Source: a virus
Lineage: Duplodnaviria > Caudoviricetes
Direction: 5' to 3' (one strand)
IMG/VR virus record: IMGVR_UViG_3300025012_000029
Span: 1-64,000 of that record
DNA: 64,000 nucleotides
Positions 26,917 through 36,709 of the stretch are shown in pieces (position 1 is the first letter of the stretch; the number at the start of each line of letters is the position of its first letter). The translations under genes were made by a program, and so were the position numbers. The notes beneath the pieces were generated by a model, which ran no database searches, was not told the origin of the DNA, and saw only the letters and a list, made by a program, of their open reading frames with translations.

Positions 26917-27640
26917 TGTTTTCTCCTTGTTTTACAATTTCATTGAAAGCTGTTATCGCTTCTGGAAATAAATCTTTGGCTATTTCCTTACACGCCTGAG
27001 CAACAACTTGAATTTCCCATTGAGCATGTTTGCTATCGCGAAGTACAATAAATTTCATTAAGTTGTTTAAATTGACCGTCCCGTAGTAGTTTGTGTACAT
27101 GCTTTGTGGCAATACCATTCTCGCTTGTTCGCGACAAATACCTGCGCCAAGCAAATCGTGATAAAGATTAAACATATCTGAATTTGCTTCTACAATAGCC
27201 AATGAAACATTTCTTTCCTGCCCACAATAAATTACTGTAGGATTTATTTTATCGTTATTGCTTGCTTGATGGTTTTTTATATGTTGCGTGCGAAATGTTT
27301 TTGGTTCATAAAATTGAATATTTTTTTCCGTAAATCTGCGGCTTTCCTCGTTAAAACTCCAAACGCGGTGTCTGTGATGTTGTCCTCGTACAAACAAGGG
27401 TACAGTAAATTTAAACGTTATTCCACAACATTCAAAAACACTTGTATGTTTATTTTTTAACAGATATTTTATTAATTTGACATCACGTTCGTCAAGTGGT
27501 GAAACATTATCTCTACCATAAGATACACGTGCAGAGTTGACAATCATTTTGTCATTGCCGTAATGTTGAATGTATTGAACTTTGCCAATGCCATCGTCGT
27601 ACAAATCGATTGTTTTTTCATAATTCATATTCAAAACCAT
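26906..27640 (-). CDS. thyX: FAD-dependent thymidylate synthase
   Basis: SARVSY, HTSVFE and the RHR..SFNEESRR ThyX motif. Confidence 0.95.
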   Translation of the reverse strand: MVLNMNYEKTIDLYDDGIGKVQYIQHYGNDKMIVNSARVSYGRDNVSPLDERDVKLIKYLLKNKHTSVFECCGITFKFTVPLFVRGQHHRHRVWSFNEESRRFTEKNIQFYEPKTFRTQHIKNHQASNNDKINPTVIYCGQERNVSLAIVEANSDMFNLYHDLLGAGICREQARMVLPQSMYTNYYGTVNLNNLMKFIVLRDSKHAQWEIQVVAQACKEIAKDLFPEAITAFNEIVKQGENNDI

Positions 27641-27650
27641 CCTCTAGAAG

Positions 27651-28184
27651 TTATGGTTTTCCTTTTGCGCAACCATCACATTGGGTCACATACCACGTAT
27701 CACCTCTAAGCTTACCAGGCGCGCCACAACCTTCGCAAATATGAGCAGATTTGTTTTCATACTCGCGAATTAAATCATACATTTCATCAGTTGCTGATGT
27801 CATATAAAATCTAAGCAACCCAAATTTTTCTTTCACTTGCGAAGCGCAAGGATAATCAGCTTCATAACCATTTGGACTATGGCATACGTAATGCTTTGAT
27901 ATACCATCGTCTTCCCATTTTGCTTCGCTCCACCATCCTTGTTCGTGAGTGTCTTTTTCAACAGAACACCACCTACAAGGCAAATTTGGATTGTCGTTGA
28001 TATATTTTTGAATTAAAATTTCAAGTTTGGACGAAAGCTCTTCGACGAGTTGAGTCCAGCCTTGATTAATATCAAAACCCCAACACATGCAAGTTGCTTG
28101 CATGCTTGCATTTCTATCTCTATAAAGAAGTGGGTAATTTTTACACATTTTTTCATCAAACTCTTCTTTGCTCATGTTTTCCAT
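27651..28184 (-). CDS. Conserved phage hypothetical protein
   Basis: QVKEKFG.LRFY and a C-terminal CEGCG zinc ribbon. Confidence 0.65.
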   Translation of the reverse strand: MENMSKEEFDEKMCKNYPLLYRDRNASMQATCMCWGFDINQGWTQLVEELSSKLEILIQKYINDNPNLPCRWCSVEKDTHEQGWWSEAKWEDDGISKHYVCHSPNGYEADYPCASQVKEKFGLLRFYMTSATDEMYDLIREYENKSAHICEGCGAPGKLRGDTWYVTQCDGCAKGKP

Positions 28185-28270
28185 ATTAATTTCCTTTAAT
28201 TATTGTCACAACACTAAGCACAAAAACATAAACCATTGCAAACGGGAACGGCATTACATTTATGACATTT

Positions 28271-28531
28271 TCACTTAGAATTTGCTTTATCATATTTCTT
28301 TTCAAGAAGTTTTAGTCCATTTTCCAACCTGGATAAAATCCACTTTTCAAATCGCTTTGGGCTCCAGCGCTTGAGTTTTTCTCGTTTTGCAAATTTTATC
28401 TTAAAATCGCTATCGATATCAAAATTCATCAATAAATTTCCATTTGTATCTTCTTCAACAGATGCTAAAAACAATCCTTCTTCTATTCTTGAATTCATAA
28501 CGTCTGTTTTTATTATTTTAGCCATTCTCAT
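28271..28531 (-). CDS. Hypothetical protein
   Basis: 86-aa ORF. Confidence 0.55.
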   Translation of the reverse strand: MRMAKIIKTDVMNSRIEEGLFLASVEEDTNGNLLMNFDIDSDFKIKFAKREKLKRWSPKRFEKWILSRLENGLKLLEKKYDKANSK

Positions 28532-28554
28532 TGTTTCCTCTTAATCTTCTTCTT

Positions 28555-29118
28555 TCATTTCTTTATAAACTCCCAATCATTTTCTTTTGCTCTGACACGA
28601 GGCCAAATGTTTTCAAATTTGTTTGTGTGAGTCTCATATAAAAGACCATAACATTTATGAGGCGTCCATCGTCTTTTCCACTCTAGCACATTTGAAGGCT
28701 TATCGTCAATAAAAAGATCTCCATAGATAACATCTTTTCTAGCAGTGATAATAATGTCTTCTCTCCCCTTGGCGCCAAAATGTTTTATGAGCCACTCTCG
28801 GCGAGCTAGATCCCATTCTTTACATCCTGTCCATGGGGCTGTACAAAATATTACTTCATTATCATCTTCTCTCATTACATTAACAATTTTTTGAGAAAGA
28901 TCGCGTGGCTTCAGATTGTACCAGAACTGAACGTCTTCCAAAATATTATGAGTTTCTATTAACTGTTCTTCATTTAATATCTTGAATACGTCCCAATCCC
29001 TCAAATCTTCAAGTTCTTGGAACGTTGTACCAGGACGAACAAGTTCCAATATTTGTTCATCAAATGCTGTTAAAGGTCCATCTACATCTAAAACTATTAT
29101 TTTATTTTTATTAATCAT
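28555..29118 (-). CDS. HAD-family 5'(3')-deoxyribonucleotidase-like phosphatase
   Basis: VLDVDG (DxD), FCTAPW, LFIDDKP. Confidence 0.85.
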   Translation of the reverse strand: MINKNKIIVLDVDGPLTAFDEQILELVRPGTTFQELEDLRDWDVFKILNEEQLIETHNILEDVQFWYNLKPRDLSQKIVNVMREDDNEVIFCTAPWTGCKEWDLARREWLIKHFGAKGREDIIITARKDVIYGDLFIDDKPSNVLEWKRRWTPHKCYGLLYETHTNKFENIWPRVRAKENDWEFIKK

Positions 29119-29660
29119 TTATTCTTTTCTGCAAGTTTACTAAAACTCATCCATCCGTTCGTTCCCATAAAACCAAAATCACGCTTTTTCGGACCCACAA
29201 AATATAAAGCCCATGTTGGATTAAATCCTTCTTCACAAATTCTACGCAATTGTTCTGCTTTTGTGTGATGAAAAGAAAATGGTTTCCATATTTTTTTAAC
29301 TGTTTCATCACCATGCATCCACAAATTAATTGTTTTTCCATTTGATTCAATAGAAGAAAGTCCTTCAATTCCAGCAGTTATTGGAATTTCCTCAGTGTAC
29401 CCTCCAGTTAATATAAGAACTTTAAAATCGCACGGGAAGTCGTGAAGATACTCATAACCATGTGGAATTCTAATATGCTGTAAGGAAATTCCTTCTATTT
29501 TGCCTTTGGTAAGTTTTCTAAGCAAATAACTACGATTGACAAAAGTTATTACTCTAGACGAAAGCACTTCTTTACCAGCAATTGTTCGAACGATATCGGT
29601 TTTCCGAAACAAAGTTATCAAAATATGTTCAAACAATCCCAATATACGATTCAAAATCAT
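29115..29660 (-). CDS. Cupin-like phage protein
   Basis: LHDFP..F..LIL.GGY.EE pattern. Confidence 0.5.
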   Translation of the reverse strand: MILNRILGLFEHILITLFRKTDIVRTIAGKEVLSSRVITFVNRSYLLRKLTKGKIEGISLQHIRIPHGYEYLHDFPCDFKVLILTGGYTEEIPITAGIEGLSSIESNGKTINLWMHGDETVKKIWKPFSFHHTKAEQLRRICEEGFNPTWALYFVGPKKRDFGFMGTNGWMSFSKLAEKNK

Positions 29661-30388
29661 TTATCCATCCTTATGAATATTTCGCCATAACGAGATTGGG
29701 CTTCCTGTAATCCACTTGGTGGTTTTGGAATCCAAATCGAATTCAATCCATCTTCTGTGAACGTAAAACGTTTACTTTTGTGTTTGCGAAGTTGAGTAAA
29801 ATACGTCTGAGCCAAATCATTTAACTTTACAGCTCCAGTGAAGGTATGTGTGATATTCCCTTTTCCGTCCACGTAATAGGCATTTTTATCTTCTGCTTGA
29901 GGAGGTTTATACAAAAAACTTTCTTGTTTGTATTTTTGTGCCAACGTCATCCCAAGCTGTCTAAGTTTTTCTGGTTCTATTTGTCTGTTTCCACTATCTC
30001 TCGCAACAACGATATATGCTCTTTCAGGAGATGGTGCGTCGACTTTTATCTTTTTTCCTGTTTCTGGGTCTTTTATCTCTTCTTTATATCCTCCAAGAAC
30101 TGGAATATATCCAAAACCAAAATGCTTTAGATCTTGTTTCAATTCTTTATCATGGAGGTTATTTTGTTTTAGTTGTTCTAATTCTTCATGGGTATCACAG
30201 TCAATGCCTTTTTCTGCAGCGCAAGTTCTAAAAGCAGAAATTATTATGAAACCAAAATTTCTATAGTCTTTTAAAAACCTATGCAGGCCAACTTCAGAGA
30301 TCCTTTGATGGGTTCTTTCAAAATGAGATCTTGTTATTGAACGCTCCAATAGAAGCCGAAGCATATCATTATCAATCAACTCGTCCAT
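29657..30388 (-). CDS. DUF3293-like hypothetical protein
   Basis: GFIIISAFR, GYIPVLGGYKE, LAQKYKQESFL. Confidence 0.5.
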   Translation of the reverse strand: MDELIDNDMLRLLLERSITRSHFERTHQRISEVGLHRFLKDYRNFGFIIISAFRTCAAEKGIDCDTHEELEQLKQNNLHDKELKQDLKHFGFGYIPVLGGYKEEIKDPETGKKIKVDAPSPERAYIVVARDSGNRQIEPEKLRQLGMTLAQKYKQESFLYKPPQAEDKNAYYVDGKGNITHTFTGAVKLNDLAQTYFTQLRKHKSKRFTFTEDGLNSIWIPKPPSGLQEAQSRYGEIFIRMDK

Positions 30389-30663
30389 TAGTCCTCCAAG
30401 ATACCAACAACAAAATTTTCTGATACGATATGAAATGTATCCCTAAACATTTTAACTTGCTCAATACCGTTCGTTTGAACAACTAATCGAATACCATGAG
30501 GATCTCCTTGAGGGGAAATCTTTTCACAATCATCTGCTATATCTAGAATTTTAACGACCGTAAATGGACTCAAATTGTCCCTAAATTCTTCAGGGACAAG
30601 ATGTGACACTTGATCTTCTTGTTTTTCTACAAGAAGATGTTTATTAACTGGTATGAATTTCAT
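30388..30663 (-). CDS. GroES-like co-chaperonin
   Basis: 91 aa. N-terminal FIPVNKHLLVEK (compare PL.DRVLV) and C-terminal IVSENFVVGILE (compare L.E.DILA). Divergent mobile loop. Confidence 0.6.
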   Translation of the reverse strand: MKFIPVNKHLLVEKQEDQVSHLVPEEFRDNLSPFTVVKILDIADDCEKISPQGDPHGIRLVVQTNGIEQVKMFRDTFHIVSENFVVGILED

Positions 30664-30914
30664 TCTGATACTTCCTTTTTAACAATGTCGTATATTGTAG
30701 TTAAATCATCCATATCTGTCTTCCGTTTCAAAAGATTAAAAGATTTCTTTACCAAATCAAATTCTTCTTTCGAGAGCCATCCTTGTTCAATATAGCTTGT
30801 CCGAAGTTCCTTCCGTTGTTCTTGATATGGAAGAATACATGATTCAAGTTCTTTGAGACTTTTAATCAATTTTTCAATTCTTTCTGTTTTTTCCTTATTA
30901 ATTTCTATAGCCAC
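30660..30914 (-). CDS. Small helical, possibly DNA-binding protein (DsbA/GapR-like)
   Basis: Coiled-coil plus short-helix pattern; weak resemblance only. Confidence 0.35.
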   Translation of the reverse strand: MAIEINKEKTERIEKLIKSLKELESCILPYQEQRKELRTSYIEQGWLSKEEFDLVKKSFNLLKRKTDMDDLTTIYDIVKKEVSE

Positions 30915-30916
30915 GT

Positions 30917-31138
30917 TTATTCTTCTTTCTTAGAATTTGTATTTAATTTCATTGAACCATCCATGATTGCACACGTAAAAGAACAATATTGTTTCTTTTC
31001 GAATGGATAATCGTCTGGAACCTCAACATATTGAATTCCCCTAGCTGTGTCTTGGCGCTCGTAATGAGCGCGGCGAAAACTACATTCTTTATAACTGCAT
31101 GGGCGTTTCATTGATTTTAGTAATTGTAGCAGATTCAC
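30917..31138 (-). CDS. Small Cys-containing protein
   Basis: CSYKEC...YCSFTC. Confidence 0.5.
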   Translation of the reverse strand: MNLLQLLKSMKRPCSYKECSFRRAHYERQDTARGIQYVEVPDDYPFEKKQYCSFTCAIMDGSMKLNTNSKKEE

Positions 31139-31162
31139 TGAATGCGGTCAAATGATTTTCGT

Positions 31163-32071
31163 TTACTTGCTACTGGAAAATTGTTTATTTAACAATTGTT
31201 CTTTATAATACTCCGGTAACCCTCTGATAGATCCTCTCAAAATGTGAGATTTTGCCCAAAGCCAGAGTTTTTGCTTAATTTCTTGTTCACATTCTTCTTC
31301 TATATCCTTTTGAACTTCTTTGATGAGAATACCAATATCTCCTGGACTATCTGTAATCTGTCCTTTTTCTTGAAGATGAATTATAGATTTTTGCCATCTT
31401 GCCTTATTTCTGTATTCTTCCATAAGCGCTGAAAGAACGTCTTTATTGGATGGATTCTCTTTCTTCCATTCGACCTTATTTACTTCCTTGAAGCTCTCCG
31501 AAACATATTTGCCCATCATTGCTTTGCCATCGGGCGTAAATCGTTGATAATTCTTAACAACAAATCCTTCGATTTTAGCACCACCAAGAACTGATATTCT
31601 ATCCATCATGTCTTTTAGTTTCTCCGCAGACATTTGACTGCCGTCTCCATGATAAATCAAAGGAACAACTTCTAATCCGAGTCTTGCTGCTTCTGTTGTT
31701 TTATCTTCATAAGACATGTATTGTTCTTGTCCAATATTGATATCATAAAGCATTATGTGATTATTAGGAATTCTGTCATAAGCAAGCGCATTATGCTTTG
31801 GTTTTCTAAGATATTCAGCTCGATATATCCATCCAGGATGCAAATTAGGCGCTAACTCCTTAATAACCTCTATTGCTTCATTAAACATCTTTTGGGGTGC
31901 GTCAATAATGAGCTGTGCTCCCTTGCTGCGAGCCATTAATTCTCCGTCCCGAATTGAGACGGAAAACTGGCTACCGTCAATCTTTTCCTCGATTGTTATT
32001 TCACCATCAAATAGTTGAGCAATTTGTGCATGCCCAATCGAAAATATTTTAGGATAAGAACCTATTGTCAT
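31163..32071 (-). CDS. ATP-dependent RNA ligase (Rnl2-like)
   Basis: Motif I EEKIDG, III RAEY, IIIa LYDI, IV EGFVVK, V GKYV. Confidence 0.85.
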   Translation of the reverse strand: MTIGSYPKIFSIGHAQIAQLFDGEITIEEKIDGSQFSVSIRDGELMARSKGAQLIIDAPQKMFNEAIEVIKELAPNLHPGWIYRAEYLRKPKHNALAYDRIPNNHIMLYDINIGQEQYMSYEDKTTEAARLGLEVVPLIYHGDGSQMSAEKLKDMMDRISVLGGAKIEGFVVKNYQRFTPDGKAMMGKYVSESFKEVNKVEWKKENPSNKDVLSALMEEYRNKARWQKSIIHLQEKGQITDSPGDIGILIKEVQKDIEEECEQEIKQKLWLWAKSHILRGSIRGLPEYYKEQLLNKQFSSSK

Positions 32072-32081
32072 CGATCACCTC

Positions 32082-32372
32082 CTAGAATCCCTTAGATGAA
32101 ATTCTAGCATTAATAGAAAGAGCTTCCTCACAGTCTTTCGGACGCACCGAAACAACTACCTGCCATGCTACATTACCTTCACGAAGAATGTCAAGTTTTA
32201 TTTCATATCTTTCCTTTTCATAATCGAGACGACTAATAGTCGTCTCAAGCATTAATTTTGCTCTACTAATATTTTCAAACAATACCATTTTGTCTATATC
32301 TTTTGATATAACATTAAGAATATTTCTTCGAATATATTCTTTTTCTGATTCATCCATAAACTCTCTAATCAT
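32082..32372 (-). CDS. Hypothetical protein
   Basis: 96-aa ORF. Confidence 0.55.
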   Translation of the reverse strand: MIREFMDESEKEYIRRNILNVISKDIDKMVLFENISRAKLMLETTISRLDYEKERYEIKLDILREGNVAWQVVVSVRPKDCEEALSINARISSKGF

Positions 32373-32420
32373 ATAATATTCCTTTCATTTTAACTCATTT
32401 GTGTCTCTTATTCATATAAT

Positions 32421-35400
32421 TTAAGATCCACATGAACCTCCTTTATTCATAGCGCATGCGTCTCCATATTCTAAATATGTTTCTCCAACATGCTTCATAG
32501 CAAGAGAATATTTTACTGGGGTAAGAGGCTGTCCACCACGAGCACCATCTGGGTAACAGGTAATTCCTCTCAATTTTGGAAGATAATTTATTAAAATATC
32601 TCCAAATTTTCTAACAGTATCTTCATTGTTATCAGCAGAACCCCATGGAGGAAGGTTGATAGTGGAACTGATCCCATGGTCAACAAATCGTTGTACCCAA
32701 GCTTGGAATTCTATTCTTCGTTCAACGTTCTTTGCTAAATCATACGCATCTTCTATTGAATCTGGATCGAGGTTATTTTTTTCTATTAGACGTTTTGCAG
32801 TAGGATCCAACACATATTGATATTCAATCAATTCTGGTCCTTTTTTATAACGTCTTTTATAACTAACGCAGAAAATTGGCTCAATGCCCGTTGTAGTTTC
32901 CGACACAATTCCTATAGTTCCATTTGGAGCAATTGCTCTAGTTTTAATCGGACTAGTTAATTCCCACTTTTCAGCATATTCATGAGCAATTTCTGTACTA
33001 GTGCTGTAAATTTTCAAATACTGTTCTAGTTCTGGGTCGGGTCCGTACTTTTTTCCTCTCATAAGCAACCATTCATGAATGCCCATTAATCCGAGTCCTA
33101 GGCGCCTATTCTTCGAACGAACTTGATCTACTTTGGCATAAGGAACGTCTGAATAGACAGTGCCAGCCAACAAAAAACAAGTCCCTAATTCTACTAGGTC
33201 TTTCATTTCTTCTAGCGAAGATACTCTGGCAAGATTAATACTGCCAAGATTGCAAATATCTGAATCATCGCGCGATGTTACCTCAGTGCATTGACCAGTC
33301 AAAACACCATCAAAAACTCCAGTATGATTTTTAGGTTCATTAAAACAATAAACATTTTCTTCTATACCTCCTTCAGAAACTGATACTACAAAAACAAATT
33401 GACTAGCGTCTCTGTTTGGAGATTTGTCAAACGACAAACGTTCACATTTTAAACCCAATTCTTTCAAATTTTGTATTTGTTGCGCGCCGATTAGCAATCT
33501 ATAAAGATCTTTACAATAATATTCTTTTAGTCCTCCTTCCGCATCGGGAAGCATTCTAAATCCAGCTTTGTGTCCTAATGTTACTTTACTATTTATTCCT
33601 ATCGTAGAAAGCATCTTCTGAGCATCTAAAAGAAAATTTTTATCAACGGAGCCTATTTGGCATCCGCCTTCTTTTAATTCAGTTCCATCTCCATCTATCA
33701 ATCCAGCCAACCAATTTAATTTTCCATTCAAGTTCCACTCAAGTGGAACAAAAGATTTCAAATATTTTTCAAAATCTGGTCTAACAGTCGTTTTACTATT
33801 GCTGCTGTGAAAATTTTTATTTTCTTTTATCGAAAGGCGACTCAAACAGCAATATTTTGTGTCGTACACTGAAAAGAAATTGTAATCGTCCATTCCTTCG
33901 GCAGAAAGGAAGCCTTGTGTGTACGCTTCTTTTGCATCAACATCCTCTCCTTCTTTTATTATTGGAAATGTCCCTTTAATCAATTTCATTCCTGGCTGAA
34001 GATTGTAGGCTTCCACTTTTTCAGAAGCTCCATGATAATCTTTTGAAATAATAAATTTATGATATTCAGTGCATCTCAACACCCTTCCGTCACTTAATAC
34101 AACATCAACCATTGGTTGCATTCGTCCAGTTAGTTTTATTTCAACATTTGACCATTCGAACCCGTTCCATACGTCAATTGACTGGTTAACCAATGATGAA
34201 ATTGGTCGATAACCATTTTTAGTTAGAATTTCCGTTTCGCCCGAAACACATGCATTCCTCAGGGTTTCACCGGAATTATCACCAATATCTACTGAAAATC
34301 CTGGCTCACCAGTTTCTAGCATATTTCTGACGACCAACCAATAAATTGCTTGAGAATGGGAATGTTGTGGATGTTTCTCGTCATAGAAGGCTTTAAAAAA
34401 AACATCATCTAATAGAACAGAAATATTCGTCATATCCAATGGAGCGGGAAAATTAAAATCCTTCTTTTTTAAAGATTTGACATCCTCAGTCCAATCTTTG
34501 AGTTTAACAAATTTATATATGTCGGCATGGCTCCAATTTAGTCCAGACCAAATTGCCGAGTTATGCACAAGATATCCATTGCAGAAAAATTGATTTTTGT
34601 TTTCTACTTCAATATCATATGTTTCAACGATTCTTCCTTCCTCGATTCCTAAAATTTTAATAGGGGTAAAATTTAAATCTTTTTTAATAACACGTTCTAT
34701 CATTTCAATACTAACGGCAACATTTTTGTCATGATGAAGATTTCTAGGTCTTTTTTCAAATGATGCATTAATCAAACTGCCATCAAAAGAATAAGAAAAT
34801 TGTTCTTTCGTTCCAGAATTTTCATAAATGTCCCCTTTCAAAATAAAAGATCCAATTAGTTTTTTAAGTTTTAGAAGTTGCTTGGTATTACAAACATTTA
34901 ATTGATATAAAGATTTCCATTTTCCAATTTCTTTTCTTACAAGTTTAATTCTGGAAACAATTCCCAATGACGCCAATAGTGATTGTAATTGATTTAAGAA
35001 TTCTGGATAAATCGACGATGCAATATTTATTGGGCGAGACGATAAACTTCCATCTGAATCAACAATTCCAGCAATGTATGCACACCTAATTTCTGGCCTC
35101 GCACACATTATACATTCTGGTACGTCAATTGAAACATTTGGTTTTTTAAACCACGATTGCAAATAAGTAGCCAACTGCACAGACGAGCATTTAACATTCC
35201 ATAGTTTTCCATCACCTGGTGATGATATAACGTTTACTCCAAATCTTTCCAATTGTTTTATAGCTTTATCTTTAATTTCTGGGTAATCAAAAGAACAAGC
35301 AATACTCACTCGGCCGTGAAGTTTGTTTTGTTTATCTTTGCCCAAATAAGCATAGCCATCTCCGTGAATCAACCCCAACAACCAAGCTATACCAGAGTCT

Positions 35401-36248
35401 AGTTCGGGAATTTTTATATCTATTATAGACGTGCAATGAATTGATTTTTCATACGAAAAATTTGGTAATTTTGTAGGACCGAATTCCAGCAATTTTCCAT
35501 TAAAAATCAATCTATCTTGGTTCGAAAGGTCTTTGGCTTTTTTCCACTCAAATTCTCCGAAACAATTAGTCAACACAGCCACTCTGTGATTTTCAGTGCA
35601 TTCAAAAAATCCAGTTTGAGTTTTAATTTTTATAGTTTTTTGCTGTCCTTGATCAAATATGTTCAACACTTTTTCAAATCCATCAAATGTTTGAACCAAA
35701 TCTTCAGTTGTTATATCTTCTATCTTTTTTAACCCATACAAAGTATGAACTAGAGAGCCTTTCGGGAGACACCTTCTCGATCCTCCCTGCATAACTCCTC
35801 TACCAACTTCATTAATCATCTGCATAAGTGCCGTTGGTCCGGTTGCCTTGCCTCCGGTTTTTCTAATTGGTTTCCCTTCCGGTCTTATTTTTGAATAATC
35901 AACTCCAATTCCTGCCCCTGTCATTAAAGCCATCGACGACTTATGTAATAAATCCGACCAACCTTCACGAGAATCTTCTACACTCAGCATAAGACAATTT
36001 TGAGTTTGGTGATATGGGCGCCCAGAGGCATATAGGTATCGTCCTCCAGGAATGAATTTTCTATCTCTTATTGCTATATGAACTCTTTCAGATAGAGACT
36101 TTGAAGCGTTAACTGACTTCATAACATGTTTTGCCACTCTGTAGGATATGTTATCCCAATTTTCCAAAGTTCCATCTTTTAATGGATGTGCATATCGCTG
36201 CTCTGTTATTGTTTTCGCAAAAACACTCATATCGTTTTCAAAATTCAT
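32421..36248 (-). CDS. nrdJ: Class II (B12-dependent) ribonucleotide reductase with two cis inteins
   Basis: PGGRYLY, QNC, GEPG, NA|CTE, CNLGSIN, LGLGLMG, IAPNGT, GIEP, ISSTINLP. About 551 aa after removing the inteins. No small subunit in the window. Confidence 0.9.
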   Translation of the reverse strand: MNFENDMSVFAKTITEQRYAHPLKDGTLENWDNISYRVAKHVMKSVNASKSLSERVHIAIRDRKFIPGGRYLYASGRPYHQTQNCLMLSVEDSREGWSDLLHKSSMALMTGAGIGVDYSKIRPEGKPIRKTGGKATGPTALMQMINEVGRGVMQGGSRRCLPKGSLVHTLYGLKKIEDITTEDLVQTFDGFEKVLNIFDQGQQKTIKIKTQTGFFECTENHRVAVLTNCFGEFEWKKAKDLSNQDRLIFNGKLLEFGPTKLPNFSYEKSIHCTSIIDIKIPELDSGIAWLLGLIHGDGYAYLGKDKQNKLHGRVSIACSFDYPEIKDKAIKQLERFGVNVISSPGDGKLWNVKCSSVQLATYLQSWFKKPNVSIDVPECIMCARPEIRCAYIAGIVDSDGSLSSRPINIASSIYPEFLNQLQSLLASLGIVSRIKLVRKEIGKWKSLYQLNVCNTKQLLKLKKLIGSFILKGDIYENSGTKEQFSYSFDGSLINASFEKRPRNLHHDKNVAVSIEMIERVIKKDLNFTPIKILGIEEGRIVETYDIEVENKNQFFCNGYLVHNSAIWSGLNWSHADIYKFVKLKDWTEDVKSLKKKDFNFPAPLDMTNISVLLDDVFFKAFYDEKHPQHSHSQAIYWLVVRNMLETGEPGFSVDIGDNSGETLRNACVSGETEILTKNGYRPISSLVNQSIDVWNGFEWSNVEIKLTGRMQPMVDVVLSDGRVLRCTEYHKFIISKDYHGASEKVEAYNLQPGMKLIKGTFPIIKEGEDVDAKEAYTQGFLSAEGMDDYNFFSVYDTKYCCLSRLSIKENKNFHSSNSKTTVRPDFEKYLKSFVPLEWNLNGKLNWLAGLIDGDGTELKEGGCQIGSVDKNFLLDAQKMLSTIGINSKVTLGHKAGFRMLPDAEGGLKEYYCKDLYRLLIGAQQIQNLKELGLKCERLSFDKSPNRDASQFVFVVSVSEGGIEENVYCFNEPKNHTGVFDGVLTGQCTEVTSRDDSDICNLGSINLARVSSLEEMKDLVELGTCFLLAGTVYSDVPYAKVDQVRSKNRRLGLGLMGIHEWLLMRGKKYGPDPELEQYLKIYSTSTEIAHEYAEKWELTSPIKTRAIAPNGTIGIVSETTTGIEPIFCVSYKRRYKKGPELIEYQYVLDPTAKRLIEKNNLDPDSIEDAYDLAKNVERRIEFQAWVQRFVDHGISSTINLPPWGSADNNEDTVRKFGDILINYLPKLRGITCYPDGARGGQPLTPVKYSLAMKHVGETYLEYGDACAMNKGGSCGS
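33291..34250 (-). mobile_element. RNR intein 2 (320 aa, LAGLIDADG, C-terminal Gln)
   Basis: CVSGET...LAGLIDGDG...GVLTGQ|C. Confidence 0.92.
34560..35771 (-). mobile_element. RNR intein 1 (404 aa, LAGLIDADG)
   Basis: CLPKGS...CTENH...LGLIHGDG...AGIVDSDG...YLVHN|S. Confidence 0.93.
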
Positions 36249-36709
36249 TAAACAATTCCTCCATTATTTTCTTTATATTTCTTGTATTTTGCTCTCATGC
36301 GGCGTTTTTGCTCTTCCACGTCCACTAACGATGAAATATCTTTACGAGGATCAAAATCTCCCAAAATACGTATATCTACATTTGATGGATCCATAAAAAT
36401 ATTAAATGTCATTCCATCTGGACCATTTCTATTTTTGCAGACAGACAATCTTCCTGTATTTTTGTTTTTATCTTCTTGCGTTCTCGCAAGTCCAAGAGTA
36501 AGGTATGAGCCAAAATTTTTATTTAGTGCTTCTGATGTTTGTTCCATTTGTACGGTATTTGAACTCAAACCTGAATTATGGGAATATATATCATTTGCAA
36601 AAAAATAGTGATGCTTTTCCAAACATATATCGATTGTATCTTCTTCGTCACATTCTTCAATGTTTGTTATTTCCATCAAATCAAAATCGTTTAAATTAAG
36701 TTTATCCAT
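36248..36709 (-). CDS. dnaB: Replicative helicase, C-terminal fragment with a 45-aa split-intein C half
   Basis: IntC ...FFANDIYSHN|SGLSS, then helicase KNRNGPDG. Confidence 0.9.
   Translation of the reverse strand: MDKLNLNDFDLMEITNIEECDEEDTIDICLEKHHYFFANDIYSHNSGLSSNTVQMEQTSEALNKNFGSYLTLGLARTQEDKNKNTGRLSVCKNRNGPDGMTFNIFMDPSNVDIRILGDFDPRKDISSLVDVEEQKRRMRAKYKKYKENNGGIV

Noticed and set aside
28214-28273. Cys-rich peptide (KCHKCNAVPVCNGLCFCA) in frame after a TGA, suggesting readthrough, and an overlapping 22-aa hydrophobic mini-ORF
   Set aside because: Too short to distinguish from chance, and the two readings are mutually competing with no supporting signal.
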